From: Monocercomonoides exilis PA203
Taxonomy: Eukaryota > Protista > Preaxostyla
NCBI GenBank assembly: GCA_001643675.2
Contig: LSRY02000018.1
Coordinates: forward strand, 1,364,001-1,428,000
Reading direction: 5' to 3'
DNA: 64,000 nucleotides
A program made the position numbers and the translations under genes. The notes beneath the pieces are model-generated. The model made no database searches. It was given only the letters and a program-made list of their open reading frames with translations, and was not told where the DNA came from. Below are positions 12,869 through 24,002 of the stretch, one piece after another. Within the stretch, counting starts at the first letter, position 1. Every line of letters starts with the position of its first letter.

Positions 12869-14072
12869 CGTTGTTGAAACTTAATTTTGCTTTTTTGATT
12901 TGAAAAGGCTTAAAATAGAAACAAAATAAATGGACTTCTTGATATTTTTGTTTTTCAGAATTCTGTTGGAAATAATATAGAAATATTTAATGTTCAAAAA
13001 AATATTCAAATTTTTTATTATATTAGGACCCAGATCAAAGGCTTGCTTGTTGTGAAGCCAATATTTCATACTGAACGTTTTAGCAATAGCATCACAATTC
13101 TTCACTCCTATATTATTATTTTGACTTGTTTTTAACTTTTTCAATTTAATTTTTGACCTTTTTTTCTCATTTCATTGTTTTTGCTTTAATCACGATTTTT
13201 TATATAAACAAGTGTTTGTGTCAAATTATATTAAAAGGAAAAAATTCAAAATCTTATTTATCGTTTTTTTGCATTAAGCATTGAAATAAAAAGGATCTTT
13301 TCAAGAATTTTAACTGAAAAGCAAGTATATATGATTTTTTGTTATTCAAATTATTAAACATACACAAACAAATAACAATTTTAACATACAAGAATCGTTT
13401 TATTTTTATAATGTTTATTTGTCATTTCAACAAATTTTTAACAAATGGGTGATTCTTTTTGAAAAGTCACAAATGTTTAATTTTCAAATAAATCAAAAAT
13501 TTCGTATTTTGCTGAATATATTTTTAACAAATATCAAACTTAACTTAAATGGAATCAATTTCTTGATGATGCTATTTCAAACATTCTTGAGAAGATTAGT
13601 GAGCTGAAACAGAAATTTGAGCAAAATATGAAAATTATGCTGTATTTGAAAATCAAACATTTGTGACTTTTCAAAAAGAATCACCCAAATGGATGAATGT
13701 CTCTGAAATCGTGTTTTTTGAAAAAATGTATGAAATGAGAAATAATGTAAAAAAAACAAGTTGAGAAAGTTTGAAACAACTAAATCATACAAAAAAAGAA
13801 ACATTGTATTATGATATGAAAGCTTAAAACTTCCGATAAAAAATATTCGCTGGAAAAGCAGCAAGTCAATGATCAAAACATAAAATTATTACTATCCTCG
13901 ATCTTTTTGAAAAACATGAAATATTGAAAAAAAAATACAGAATAAGGAAATTAAAACATTTCAAACATTTCTGGTTATTTTTTATTTATCACCGGCTTGT
14001 GTGAAGCTAAAAGCATGACAAAAAAGAAAAAGGTCTAGATAAAAAAAAAAGGTCAAGATAAAACTATAGCCC
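12790..14072. mobile_element. Non-autonomous TIR element D (1,283 bp), TA-flanked
   Basis: Left end TA|GGGTGCAAATTTTATCTAGAC; right end reverse complement TA|GGGCTATAGTTTTATCTTGAC. The TTTTATCT subrepeat is doubled at both ends. Contains an approximately 40-nt poly-T and a nested MITE. Confidence 0.6.
13447..13686. mobile_element. 240-bp foldback MITE nested in element D, AAAT target duplication
   Basis: GGGTGATTCTTTTTGAAAAGTCACAAATG...CATTTGTGACTTTTCAAAAAGAATCACCC, with AAAT at 13443-13446 and 13687-13690. Absent from the homologous inverted copy at about 14865-14960. Confidence 0.85.
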
Positions 14073-14861
14073 TAGATATATTGTCAGTGTTAATAATGGT
14101 GGTTTCTTTCAATAATTGTGGACAGTGGCATTATTAAAACAACTGTTGTTAGTTTCATTTCTTCATTCAACCCAACTACTTCTTAAATGAATGCAAATTT
14201 AAAAGACATACAGAAATGAAACAACTTTCTCCCAAGAATTAAAAACAAAACGTTTTTGATTTTCGGAGAAACTCAGAGAAATAAGATTCTCCGAGTTTCT
14301 CCAAAAAGAAAAAACAATTATTCAACAATTTCATTGTGTTGGACGAGTGATTCAAAAAATTGATATTTGTTCTTATTCATTAAAGGAATTATAAGGTAAA
14401 TAGTCGAAATCCAACTAACAACAGTTGTTTTAATAATACCACTGTCCACAATTATTGAAAGAAACCACCATTATTAACACTGACAATATATCTAGGGCTA
14501 TAGTTTTATCTTGACCTTTTTTTTTTATCTAGACCTTTTTCTTTTTTGTCATGCTTTTAGCTTCACACAAGCCGGTGATAAATAAAAAATAACCAGAAAT
14601 GTTTGAAATGTTTTAATTTCCTTATTCTGTATTTTTTTTTCAATATTTCATGTTTTTCAAAAAGATCGAGGATAGTAATAATTTTATGTTTTGATCATTG
14701 ACTTGCTGCTTTTCCAGCGAATATTTTTTATCGGAAGTTTTAAGCTTTCATATCATAATACAATGTTTCTTTTTTTGTATGATTTAGTTGTTTCAAACTT
14801 TCTCAACTTGTTTTTTTTACATTATTTCTCATTTCATACATTTTTTCAAAAAACACGATTT
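13706..14861. repeat. Giant inverted repeat with 449-bp arms (13706-14154, 14413-14861)
   Basis: The arms are reverse complements with one mismatch that I could see (GGCATT vs GGTATT). The 258-bp spacer is itself imperfectly symmetric, with a central hairpin GGAGAAACTCAGAGAA/TTCTCCGAGTTTCTCC. Confidence 0.95.
14075..14492. mobile_element. 418-bp foldback element E between two facing ends of element D
   Basis: GATATATTGTCAGTGTTAATAATGG...CCATTATTAACACTGACAATATATC, bounded by TA 14073-14074 and TA 14493-14494. Confidence 0.6.
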
Positions 14862-14960
14862 TAAGGACACATTTGAATTTGTTTTGAAATTTATTGAAAT
14901 GATAGACAAACATAATAAAAATAAAACGATTCTTGTTGTTTAAACGATTATTCGTTTGTA
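14495..14960. mobile_element. Inverted partial second copy of element D
   Basis: Starts TA|GGGCTATAGTTTTATCTTGACC. Identical to the D right end up to 14861, then a diverged homolog of about 13360-13445 (ACAAGAATCGTTTTATTTTTAT shared). Interrupted by the MITE at 14964. Confidence 0.65.
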
Positions 14961-14963
14961 TAT

Positions 14964-15325
14964 GGGGGAAAATACAGACTTTCAAGCTTTTTATGCACAA
15001 AGCATGAAAAAATTGTTTCACTCATAACTTTATTTCACTTTCTCAGATTTCAAAATAAATTTGATTTTGATATCCTTAAACGTTCATTCTTTAAATCAAA
15101 ACATAAAGTTTTCCAACATTTCACGAATATCAATAAATGAACCCATTTTTATTTTTTGACATTCGTGAAATGTCACCACACTTGATGTTTTGATTTCAAC
15201 AATGCCTGTTAACAGATATGAAAATCAAAATAAATTTGTAATCTGAGAAAGTAATACAAAGTTATGAGTGAAGCAATAATTTTGTGCTTTGTGCATAAAA
15301 AGCTTGAAAGTCTGTATTTTCCCCC
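14964..15325. mobile_element. 362-bp foldback MITE F (GGGGGAAAATACAGACTTTCAAGC termini)
   Basis: About 41-bp perfect TIR continuing as imperfect symmetry to the centre. Flanks ATAT / ATTT (AWWT, one mismatch). Confidence 0.85.
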
Positions 15326-15343
15326 ATTTAAACATTTGGAGTA

Positions 15344-15793
15344 CAGTCTAAACCGGATATAATCACATCGGTTTTTGCACAACTTTTTGTGACTATATCC
15401 GATTGTGATTATACACGATACTGCTAAACACAGAAAAAAATAAAAATTAATTAATTAATTAATTAATTTTGGGTCGATTTTTTCATTTTTGAAAATTCTT
15501 CATCAAAACGCATTTTTCACTTGCGAAATGAATTTTTTTCATTAATACACATTATTTTGACTTATTTGAGTACATTTTTGAAAATGCGAAAAATTGAGAT
15601 TTTTGATCAAAAAATCGATTTCTCAATGAAAAAATCACCCATAATAATTTAAAATGTGATTATATATTTGCAGCCCTGTGATTATATGCGATGGAAAATG
15701 AATGAAAAATAGACCAAAAATGTCGGTGCAAGGAAAAATGTGACTATAAACGAATGTGATTATATTCGACGTGATTATATCCGGTTTAGACTG
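15344..15793. mobile_element. 450-bp Tc1/mariner/pogo-type MITE G
   Basis: TA|CAGTCTAAACCGGATATAATCAC...GTGATTATATCCGGTTTAGACTG|TA. CAGT termini with TA duplication and multiple internal GTGAYTATA subrepeats. Confidence 0.9.
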
Positions 15794-15801
15794 TATGTCT
15801 A

Positions 15802-16030
15802 AATTATTTTGAAAAGTTCCTTTTGTTCAATTTTCCAATAAAACAAAAATTTCACATTTTAATCATATTTCTGTTCCCACGAATAAAACTTCACTGAAAT
15901 GGAAACAAAACCTTCACAATGTTATTATTTCAATTTCAGTGAAGTTTTGTATGTGGGAACAGAAATATGATGGAAATATTAAAATTATATTTTATTTGAA
16001 AATTTAACAATAAGAACTTTTCAAAAAATT
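15802..16030. repeat. Diverged foldback (old MITE-like hairpin)
   Basis: TTTTGAAAAGTTC / GAACTTTTCAAAA, ATCATATTTCTGTTCCCAC / GTGGGAACAGAAATATGAT and AAAACTTCACTGAAAT / ATTTCAGTGAAGTTTT are symmetric about 15915. Confidence 0.75.
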
Positions 16031-16991
16031 AATACAAATATAATTTTAAGTTATCTTTTTCATACTCAGATTTTTGGATTATTATCCTGAATATCGAATT
16101 TTTATATTAATTACATATATCAATAAAATCATAAATTTTTGAATTCAAATTCAAAACTGGTTCAATTTTGTCTTATGCCACAGCAAATAACGCAAAGTCA
16201 AGAATATTTTCTATTATTGCATAACTTTTTAAAATAAAAATCATTCATGAGAAATGAAATATGAATAAAAAGAATGAATTCTTGGGTGACTTGAAATAGG
16301 AAATTCAACATTATAATATTTGTCAGTTTTTATGAACTCTTTCATCAACTTTATTCTATCTTGTCAAAAAAGAAATCCTTTTAAAGAAAGATTTTTAATA
16401 TTCGATCCTGTGATTATTGAAGATTGCTATTGAAAGGAACAAAAATAAAAATAAAATAAAAAAAAAGTCTTTATCAAAGAACTACGATAAAGGATGAATA
16501 TGAACGAAAGAGATTTAATTATGAGATATTTCGATTGTTAGAAAATTTTTAAAAAAATAAAACAAAAATGATTCATGAATCCCACAAAAAGGAAAAATTG
16601 GCATATAATGTGAGATGCGACAATCCTTGAATGAATGTCTGTTGGGAAGTTAAAGATGAAGATAACATTAAAAATAAAGAAGAGGCATATAGACTGATGC
16701 ATTGAGTGGATGAATGAGATTGTGGAAGAAAATAATTGAAAGAAAACAGTTTGCGTTGTTTTGGAAAGAAATAAAGAGGAGAATGGACATTGGAGGGTGA
16801 AACTAAAGAGAAAAAAAGGAACACTGGAGGAAGTTGCGAAATGGATGTGATACAAAAAATAAAGTCATTTCAGAGAAGAAAAGTGGATGAAACTATTTGT
16901 TATGGAAGGAAAGAAGAAAGTTTAGAAATAAATGAAAGAGGGGAAAGGAATGAAGGAAGTGGATAAAATGATGAGAGTGAAAATTGAAATA

Positions 16992-17954
16992 GAACTTGAT
17001 TCATTTGACTGCATCAAGTGGCATTAGATCGGTCAACATCCAATTAGATCGATCTAATACCATTAAGATACAGTCAAATTGGATGTGACTCAGTCACATC
17101 CGATCATTTCCATTCTGGGTGTCATGATCAAAATATTTTTGTAAAAAAATTATTATTAAAATCAATAAATTTCGTTATATTTAATATCATTTTGATTGAT
17201 TTTAACAATTTTTAATTCTGAATGGTTTTTTATTTTGTATGTTTTTTAAAATTATTGATATTTCACCGAAAAACCTGGAAATTCTTATTGTTTTTGTTTG
17301 ATAATGATTATTGGTGAATTATAAAAATGATATAAGTTAATTTCATTTCATTTTTCAATAATTTGAACAAGTTTCATTTGTTTTTTTCATTTCACTAATA
17401 TTTTCAGAAAAAGAAAAAATTCAAAAAAGAAGCTTTCGAATCATATATTCTTTTTATTTTTTATTCGAAATGAAAAAATTTCAAAAATGATTGATTAATA
17501 AACACACAACAGTTAAGAAAACACAAAAAGTTTAATTTTTCATAAATGTTGAAAATTTACAAAAAAATGAATATGAAAATGTAAAAAATGTATTATATTA
17601 ACAATTTTATTTCGATTATTGTTGGAAAAATTTGTTGCAGAGTCGCAATGATAAATAAATCAAGTTTTAAAATTGCTGAATTAAACAAAGAAAACAACAA
17701 AAAATCAAACGAATATCAAAAAAATGTATTTTAAACAATAACATATTGAAAATTCAACGTTTATGAACTTGTAATAATAAAAATATTAATAAAACAAAAA
17801 AATGTTCGATCACAATTCGTGATCATAAAAATCACAATTTCGCCCTTGTTGAGATTGAGAGAAATTCGATTAAAAATAGAGAAATTCGATAAACCAGACA
17901 AAAATCGATTTGACTGAGTCACATTTTCGCGACTCAGTCAAATCAATCAAGTTC
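16992..17954. mobile_element. 963-bp non-autonomous TIR element A, TA-flanked
   Basis: TA|GAACTTGATTCATTTGACTG at left and CAGTCAAATCAATCAAGTTC|TA at right (19/20 match). GACTCAGTCA subrepeats occur near both ends. Confidence 0.85.
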
Positions 17955-18394
17955 TAATCGCTAGTGTGTAAAAAATCCGGGACGTGTCATAAACCCGGAA
18001 CTCGATTATTTTTTATTTCATTTTTTTTTTCTGAAGAGTATTTTTAATGTCTTATTAACCAATTGACATGGAAATGCTTTTATTATTAATAAAAAAATTT
18101 CAAACATCGCATTGTTTCATAAAAATTAGAAAAATTTTGAAAAATAAAAAAAATAAATTTATTTCTATCTCATTCATTAAAAAATACAAAACATAACAAA
18201 ATGATAAAATTAATTCCAACTTGATTGAAAATGAAACATGAAAAATAACATGTTTCAAAACAGAAAGAAAAAAAAACAATGATTTAAAACATAAAGCGTA
18301 TAATTTTTGAAACAATAAACAATTTCTCACCAATCCCTTATAAAAAAAACAGTTGTAAATATTCAAACAACATAAATTGTGTACAGAATTTTAC

Positions 18395-19245
18395 CTAAGG
18401 GCAAGAAAAGACTCAGGCTTTTCTTTAACTTTTGATCATTTTTGTTTGATGCAACAACAAGGCTTGGTTTAACTTCAGGAGTAGCAAAAAACACTTCTTT
18501 TAGATTGAAAATATATTCCGATTTGTGCTGATGCTCATCAAATAAATGTCTGTCTTTTTTTCAAACCAAGAAAAAGGCATTCCTTTGTTGAATGAGCAGC
18601 TCTCGCTGCTGGCAAATGAATGGGATGTGCAAAGAAAAGGTCATCATTCGAATTGATAAAAGAATATTGCCAAGTGCAGTACACTTAAAAATTTGGAGTT
18701 GACTTTGTGAGATATTCAGCTTCTACGTCTATTGCCTTTTAAATACAAACAAAAAGATACAAATCCAAAACTTTAAAAAAAAGTAAGAAAAATCCAACTA
18801 TGTCTCTCACTAGTCTTGCACACGGAAAGGCACCAAGTTGTTTTTTATCTTTTATTTTTGAGAAGAATGTAGTTTTGTCTCGCTTATTCAGAATTTGGAA
18901 TCTTCCTATTCTGCAAATGTCCCTTCCTTCCTTCTTTGCCTTTGCAGCACGATAGAAACTGCTTTTTGTAACTAATCCGTTCTTGAATAAATCTGGAGAC
19001 CTTAGCTTCTTCGATTCCATTGCATCCAACAATTCAAGCAACTTCTCTTCCCTGTCGACTGCATTGATATCAATGTCATGGTTATCAAGCGTCATTGAAT
19101 CATCCTCTCCTTCGACATCCTTTTGGCTTGAATCTTCTCCACAATCTTCCTTTTCTAAATATTCATCCATTTTTTCATCATCACAAAAACAAAGCAAAGG
19201 GGGAATATCAACAATGATTTGATTAAGGTTCTTTCATTCGTTTCC
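18395..19245 (-). pseudogene. Degenerate pogo/Tigger (Tc5/CENP-B HTH + start of DDE_1) transposase
   Basis: Reads KSSFYRAAKAKKEGRDICRIGRFQIL...FPCARLVRDI, then a GT-AG intron (18798-18736), then AIDVEAEYL...F*VYCTWQYSFINSNDDLFFAHPIHLPAARAAHSTKECL[fs]WFEK..[fs]LFDEHQHKSEYIFNLKE. This follows the pogo pattern W...F..R...L....RA...T......WF...IFNxDE. It has a stop and frameshifts and is truncated after the first catalytic motif. Confidence 0.7.
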
Positions 19246-19450
19246 ATAATAATAATTCAATAATTCTTTTTGAAAGAAAATTCCAATCGATAATTTTCAT
19301 TTTTCAACTTGAAGAAGTGTTCAGGTTTTCTGCAAATTTCTTTGGAAAACTTTGACAAATAAATATGTTTAACACATTTCATTAAAACAACTTTTTGTTG
19401 GTGAATGAAACTGGGTTTGTAACAGAAGGATTTTTAGGGTTCAGAAGCTG

Positions 19451-22400
19451 CTAAGCCAGCTGGTTGATGGAAGAGCTGAGGGAAGGAAGCTGAGGAGGTG
19501 GAGGAGAAGGAGATAAAGAAGGAGATACAGAAGGTGCCAAAAGAGATAGAGAAGGAGTAGATTGGGTGGAGATGTCAGCAGAAGTGAGCGGAGGTGGAAT
19601 TGGCACAGAAAAAGATGAGAGCTCAGCAACTGCTGCTGATGATAATGAAACAGCATCTGTTTTTTGTTGGATTGCACTCAATGAAGACACCGAATTCTGC
19701 TCCTTATGATGTGCTAGTGACGAAAGAGGCAAAGACGGTGAGTGTGTTCTCCTATCCACAGAGTCCACGCTGCCTGTCAATTGCTCTCTGAACATCGTCT
19801 GCTGCAGCTTCCCCATCTCCAATGCAGCTTCTGCTGAGCACATCCACCCAGGTGGAAGCAGAGGGCAGCGAGTTGTCGACACAAACAGCGTCTGTAGAGG
19901 TATCTTCAGCATCCGCTTCAGCTGCACCCCCAAGTCATTCAGCTGCACACGGGGGAGAATAACCGCTAGTGACAGTTGCTGCGAAACAGACCCGCTTTTG
20001 ATTAAATCATCGGGCAGATCAGCACGCGTCTTCGTATCCAAATCATCTGCTGATTAATCGTCTTCATCATCATCACCATAATCACTGCTCTTTCCATCGT
20101 CTCTTTTGCCTCCTCTCATCCCTACTGCTGCTTCAGATGTGCTGCTGCTGCCACTGCCAGATGAAATAGCCAGTCTCTCTTTAGCTCCACCAACCACCAC
20201 TAGCTGTGAAATTCGCTGGGAGATGAAGTCGGCTGCCTGCTGTGCGAGTCGACGGAAGGAAAGAGCAAGATTGACAGAAGGAGAGGTGAAAAGAGTGCAG
20301 AGAAGAGACAGAACAAGAGGAGAGAATGTGGAGAAGGGAGAGAAAGGAAGAGTGGAAGCAGTAGAAAGAGTGATTGATAACTGAACGGAAGAATCCTTAG
20401 ACAAAGCAAGTGAATTTGTGGAACTCGAGAGAGGAGAAATAGAAGCAGAAGAAGAGGATGATCTCAAAGGAGATGTTGAAAAAATGGACAAGGACGAGCG
20501 TGTACTTGCAGGAACAGATAACCTTTTTTCATCCGACGATGCCATGTCTCCCAACAATGTGTCATCATCATTCTCATCATCATCACTGTTGAAAGCTGCC
20601 TTGGAGATTGGTGGAGAAGCAGAAGAGCATGCCTTCAGTGCTGATCCATATGCCTCATTCATCCCATCCACAGGCACACCTTCCAAAATCTCACTCAGCT
20701 CCGATACGAAGCTCGCCACAGCTGCTGCTGACATCCCTGCCGAAGCAACTCTTCCGTCTGTAGAAGTAGCACTTGCCATTCTGAACGCACATCTCCTTGC
20801 CATACTGAACACGTCGCCCCGTTGGTGCAAGGCTGTGATGTGCGCCTCCATCGACTGCCCACACCGCTCCAAAGATGCCTTAACAGCAACCTGTTGCCTG
20901 GGCGTGGCGAAGGAAGTGAGCTGCTCAACAACAAACGGGCGCCCAAAGTCTACAAGAGGAGGATGAAGATGAAGGTGATAAATGGAATGAGATGCGTTGA
21001 ATGCAGAATTCTTAGCAAATGTGGAAGAGGAATAAGGTGAAAGCTGTGTGGTTGTTGGGAGTGGGCGGAGGGAGATACCAGAAGTGTAGTTTTTTTCACT
21101 CGAAGAAGAGGGAGGCTTTGTGGATGTACTCGGATGCATCACAAAAGTGGCTACTCTGACGAATGGGACAGACAATGTGGAGGAAGAGTGAAGAAGAGGT
21201 GGCGTATTGTCAGATGAGGTGTTTGTTAACTTCGCTGTGGAAGTTGAACGAGAAACGACACCTGAAAAAGAGGATGATGAGGATGAGGTGGTGGAGGAAG
21301 ATGATGAAGGAGAAGTTAGCATTTCAGGAGCCAGCAATACAGAAGACGATGAAGCAGACTGTGGATAACCCAAAGCACTGCTTTTCCCCGCCAGCCTCTT
21401 CTGTGCCAAAAAAGTCATCGCCTTGTGGAATGCGAGTTGAGACAGGATCTGATTGACTGCATCGACCAGCAGATTGAACACATTCTGCGGGCAGCTGGTG
21501 ATGAAACCTTCGTCCATTACCGTCGACATCAGAGACGATGGGGCCGCACTGTCTGCCTCGCTGATCTTCCGAATGCGGTTGCCGCTGAGCATCCAGCCAT
21601 CACTGCTGAGCAGCTGAGAGGGCAGCTGGTTGCTGTTTGTGGAATTCATGCCGTGCTGCTTGGCTGTCTTGTCTGCTCTGCTCTCCTTCTGCTGCGATGC
21701 AAAGGAAAGAATTGGAGTGACCAGCAGCTCGATGTCCTTGGTGAGTGGAGAGAGGAGAGGGAAGAGGGCAGTCTGGTAGATTACGGGGGAGAAGAGGAGG
21801 ACAGACCGATGCTGGGCAGTTGTGGCAGAGACAGCTGCATATGTACCTGTGTTTCAGAACTTGTGTGGTATCTCCAACAGCTCTCAAATCTGAAGTGAAG
21901 AAAAGGTTGGAGCACGAATTGGTTTATAAGCATGTGATGGTGATGTCTTGAATGATGATGAAGAAGAATAATTTGTTCTATCTGCACTGCAATGCCATCT
22001 TCTGCCGAAAGAGTGGCAAGTGTTGTAACCTTTTCAGATTGTTAATCGAACTGTTTTGTGCGTGCCTTGAACCCAGGACTTCGTGCCTCATCGACCTCGC
22101 TAAGTGTCCCCAGCACTGCCACTGTGACATCGATGCCTTCAATTCTGTCTAAAAGTGTTGGCGGGATTGGCTGCAGTCCACTTTCTGAATAAGAATCAGC
22201 TGATCTTCTGAGAGGAGAGGCAGCAGCACGGACAGAGAGAGACTTGTGGGCAGAGAGGGAGCTGATGAAGGCAGAGGGAGAGTTGGGTGAGTTTGACTGC
22301 TCAGAAGGTGTGAAGGAAGAGGGGCTGTCAGTATAGTTGGGGGGTGGGGTAAGTGAAGAAGAGGGACAGATGGAAGAAGAAGAGGAAGAGGTGGAAGAAG

Positions 22401-22850
22401 AGAATGAATGAGGAGAAAAAGGAATTGGAGATGGAGAAGGAGGCAAAGATTGGGGAGTGGGTATCTGGGAGGAGATTGTTTGTGGTGGAGAAGAGGGGGA
22501 AGGAGAGGATGGCAGGTTGGCGGGTGGTGAGGGAGAAGTTTGTGAGGGAGAGGGAGGCATGGGCAGAGAGGAAGAGGGGGCAGTGGTGGTGGTTGTTGTT
22601 GAGGGAATGTGGGTGGATGGTGCAAGTGGAGGAGCAGATGGAGGCAGCTGAGTGGTGTTGGGCAGTGTGGAGTGGACAACCGCAGAAAGTGATGATGTTG
22701 AGATGTGTCATGCACAATAACGTGTTAATTGATTAAGAGACTTGTTATCACACAGGCGAAATAATTGCATATTGGATTTTCAACTTCCCCGCGAGCGCAT
22801 TTCAGTATAGACTTTTGATTGCTTAAAACTGGAAAGAATTCGTAACGTTA
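19451..22850 (-). pseudogene. Decayed Ser/Pro-rich host-like gene (weak VPS9-like resemblance)
   Basis: ORFs 22042-22560, 20054-21649 and 19451-20041 form one reading frame interrupted by TAA at 20054-20056 and 22042-22044, four TGA codons (two at about 21855-21887, two at about 22710-22785) and one frameshift near 21985. GC content is much higher than the flanks. Confidence 0.6.
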
Positions 22851-23300
22851 TAATCAATAAAAACATTTATGTTTGCGAATATTTCATACACAATGAGAAT
22901 TTTTAATTCCAATCTAAATAATGATATTAAAACAATTTAAACTTAACAAACTTATTAATTTTTATAAAAAAACTCATTTGTACATTCTTCTACAAGAATT
23001 GTGGTGAATAATTACATCTGTTGTTTTTGCGTTAGTTTGGATTCATCGATTTGTTGAATGAAAAATATGAAAAAGCAATTATCAAAGAATAAGAAGTTAG
23101 AAAATAAAATAAAGAAAGAATATAACTAACATTCAAATGAACTGTTGAGATTTGAGTTGTTTCACTCAAATTTGTTTTTATAAGCAAGAATACTTACAAA
23201 AAATATTTAATTTCAAAATGAAAATGGGATATGTTTTTTCTTGATCTTTTATAATAATTAAAAAGGGAATTATTCCCGGGTATTTGACACGCTAGCGATA

Positions 23301-23998
23301 GTAGGGGTGGAAACCCGAGCCAGGGAGGAAACCCGAGCCAGTGATCTTTTTTCGAATATTTTTCATTTTTTTCATCGATGAACAATTTTAAAAAAACGAA
23401 ATAATTTCACATTATAATACATGTGAATATGCTGGTATGCATGCAGTTTTCGTGTTTCTTTGTTGAATGTATCTATGAAAAAAAATTATTTTTGATCATT
23501 AATTTTTTTGTGTGAAAATTTTTACTAATTTTGAAGAAGAAAAATTTTCACAATTTGGCATCATTTTTGTATATTACACACACATACAATTCATTTACGC
23601 GTGTTTTCAATTTTCTTCAGTGGCTGTGTGAAAAGTCGAAATAATTATACAGAGAAATTTTTATTTTTCATTCAGCCACTGAAGAAAATTGAAAACACGC
23701 GTAAATGAATTGTATGTGTGTGTAATATACAAAAATGATGCCAAATTGTGAAAATTTTTCTTCTTCAAAATTAGTAAAAATTTTCACACAAAAAAATAAA
23801 TGATCAAAAATAATTTTTTTTCATAGATACATTCAACAAAGAAACACGAAAACTGCATGCATACCAGCATATTCACATGTATTATAATGTGAAATTATTT
23901 CGTTTTTTTAAAATTGTTCATCGATGAAAAAAATGAAAAATATTCGAAAAAAGATCACTGGCTCGGGTTTCCTCCCTGGCTCGGGTTTCCACCCCGAC
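23301..23998. mobile_element. 698-bp foldback MITE C with 326-bp arms, TA-flanked
   Basis: Arms 23301-23626 and 23673-23998 are reverse complements with about 2 mismatches. Termini TA|GTAGGGGTGG..CCACCCCGAC|TA. GGAAACCCGAGCCAG occurs twice in each TIR. Confidence 0.92.
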
Positions 23999-24002
23999 TA
24001 GA

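Larger units (their letters stand above)
17957..23299. mobile_element. Putative 5.3-kb pogo-like element B carrying a transposase relic and a host-like gene
   Basis: Left ATCGCTAGTGTGTAAAAAATCCGGGA vs right reverse complement ATCGCTAGCGTGTCAAATACCCGGGA (22/26). The left end has a second 18-bp subrepeat, GTGTCATAAACCCGGAAC. Encloses a pogo transposase pseudogene. Confidence 0.55.

Noticed and set aside
16570-16980. Purine-rich relic with VCVVLERNKEENGHW, faintly like a rolling-circle Rep motif II
   Set aside because: No HUH motif, many stops and no other Rep motifs.
19451-22850. Stop-codon reassignment or selenocysteine readthrough
   Set aside because: Mixed TGA and TAA stops plus a frameshift; intact genes in the window end in TAA or TGA and have no internal stops.
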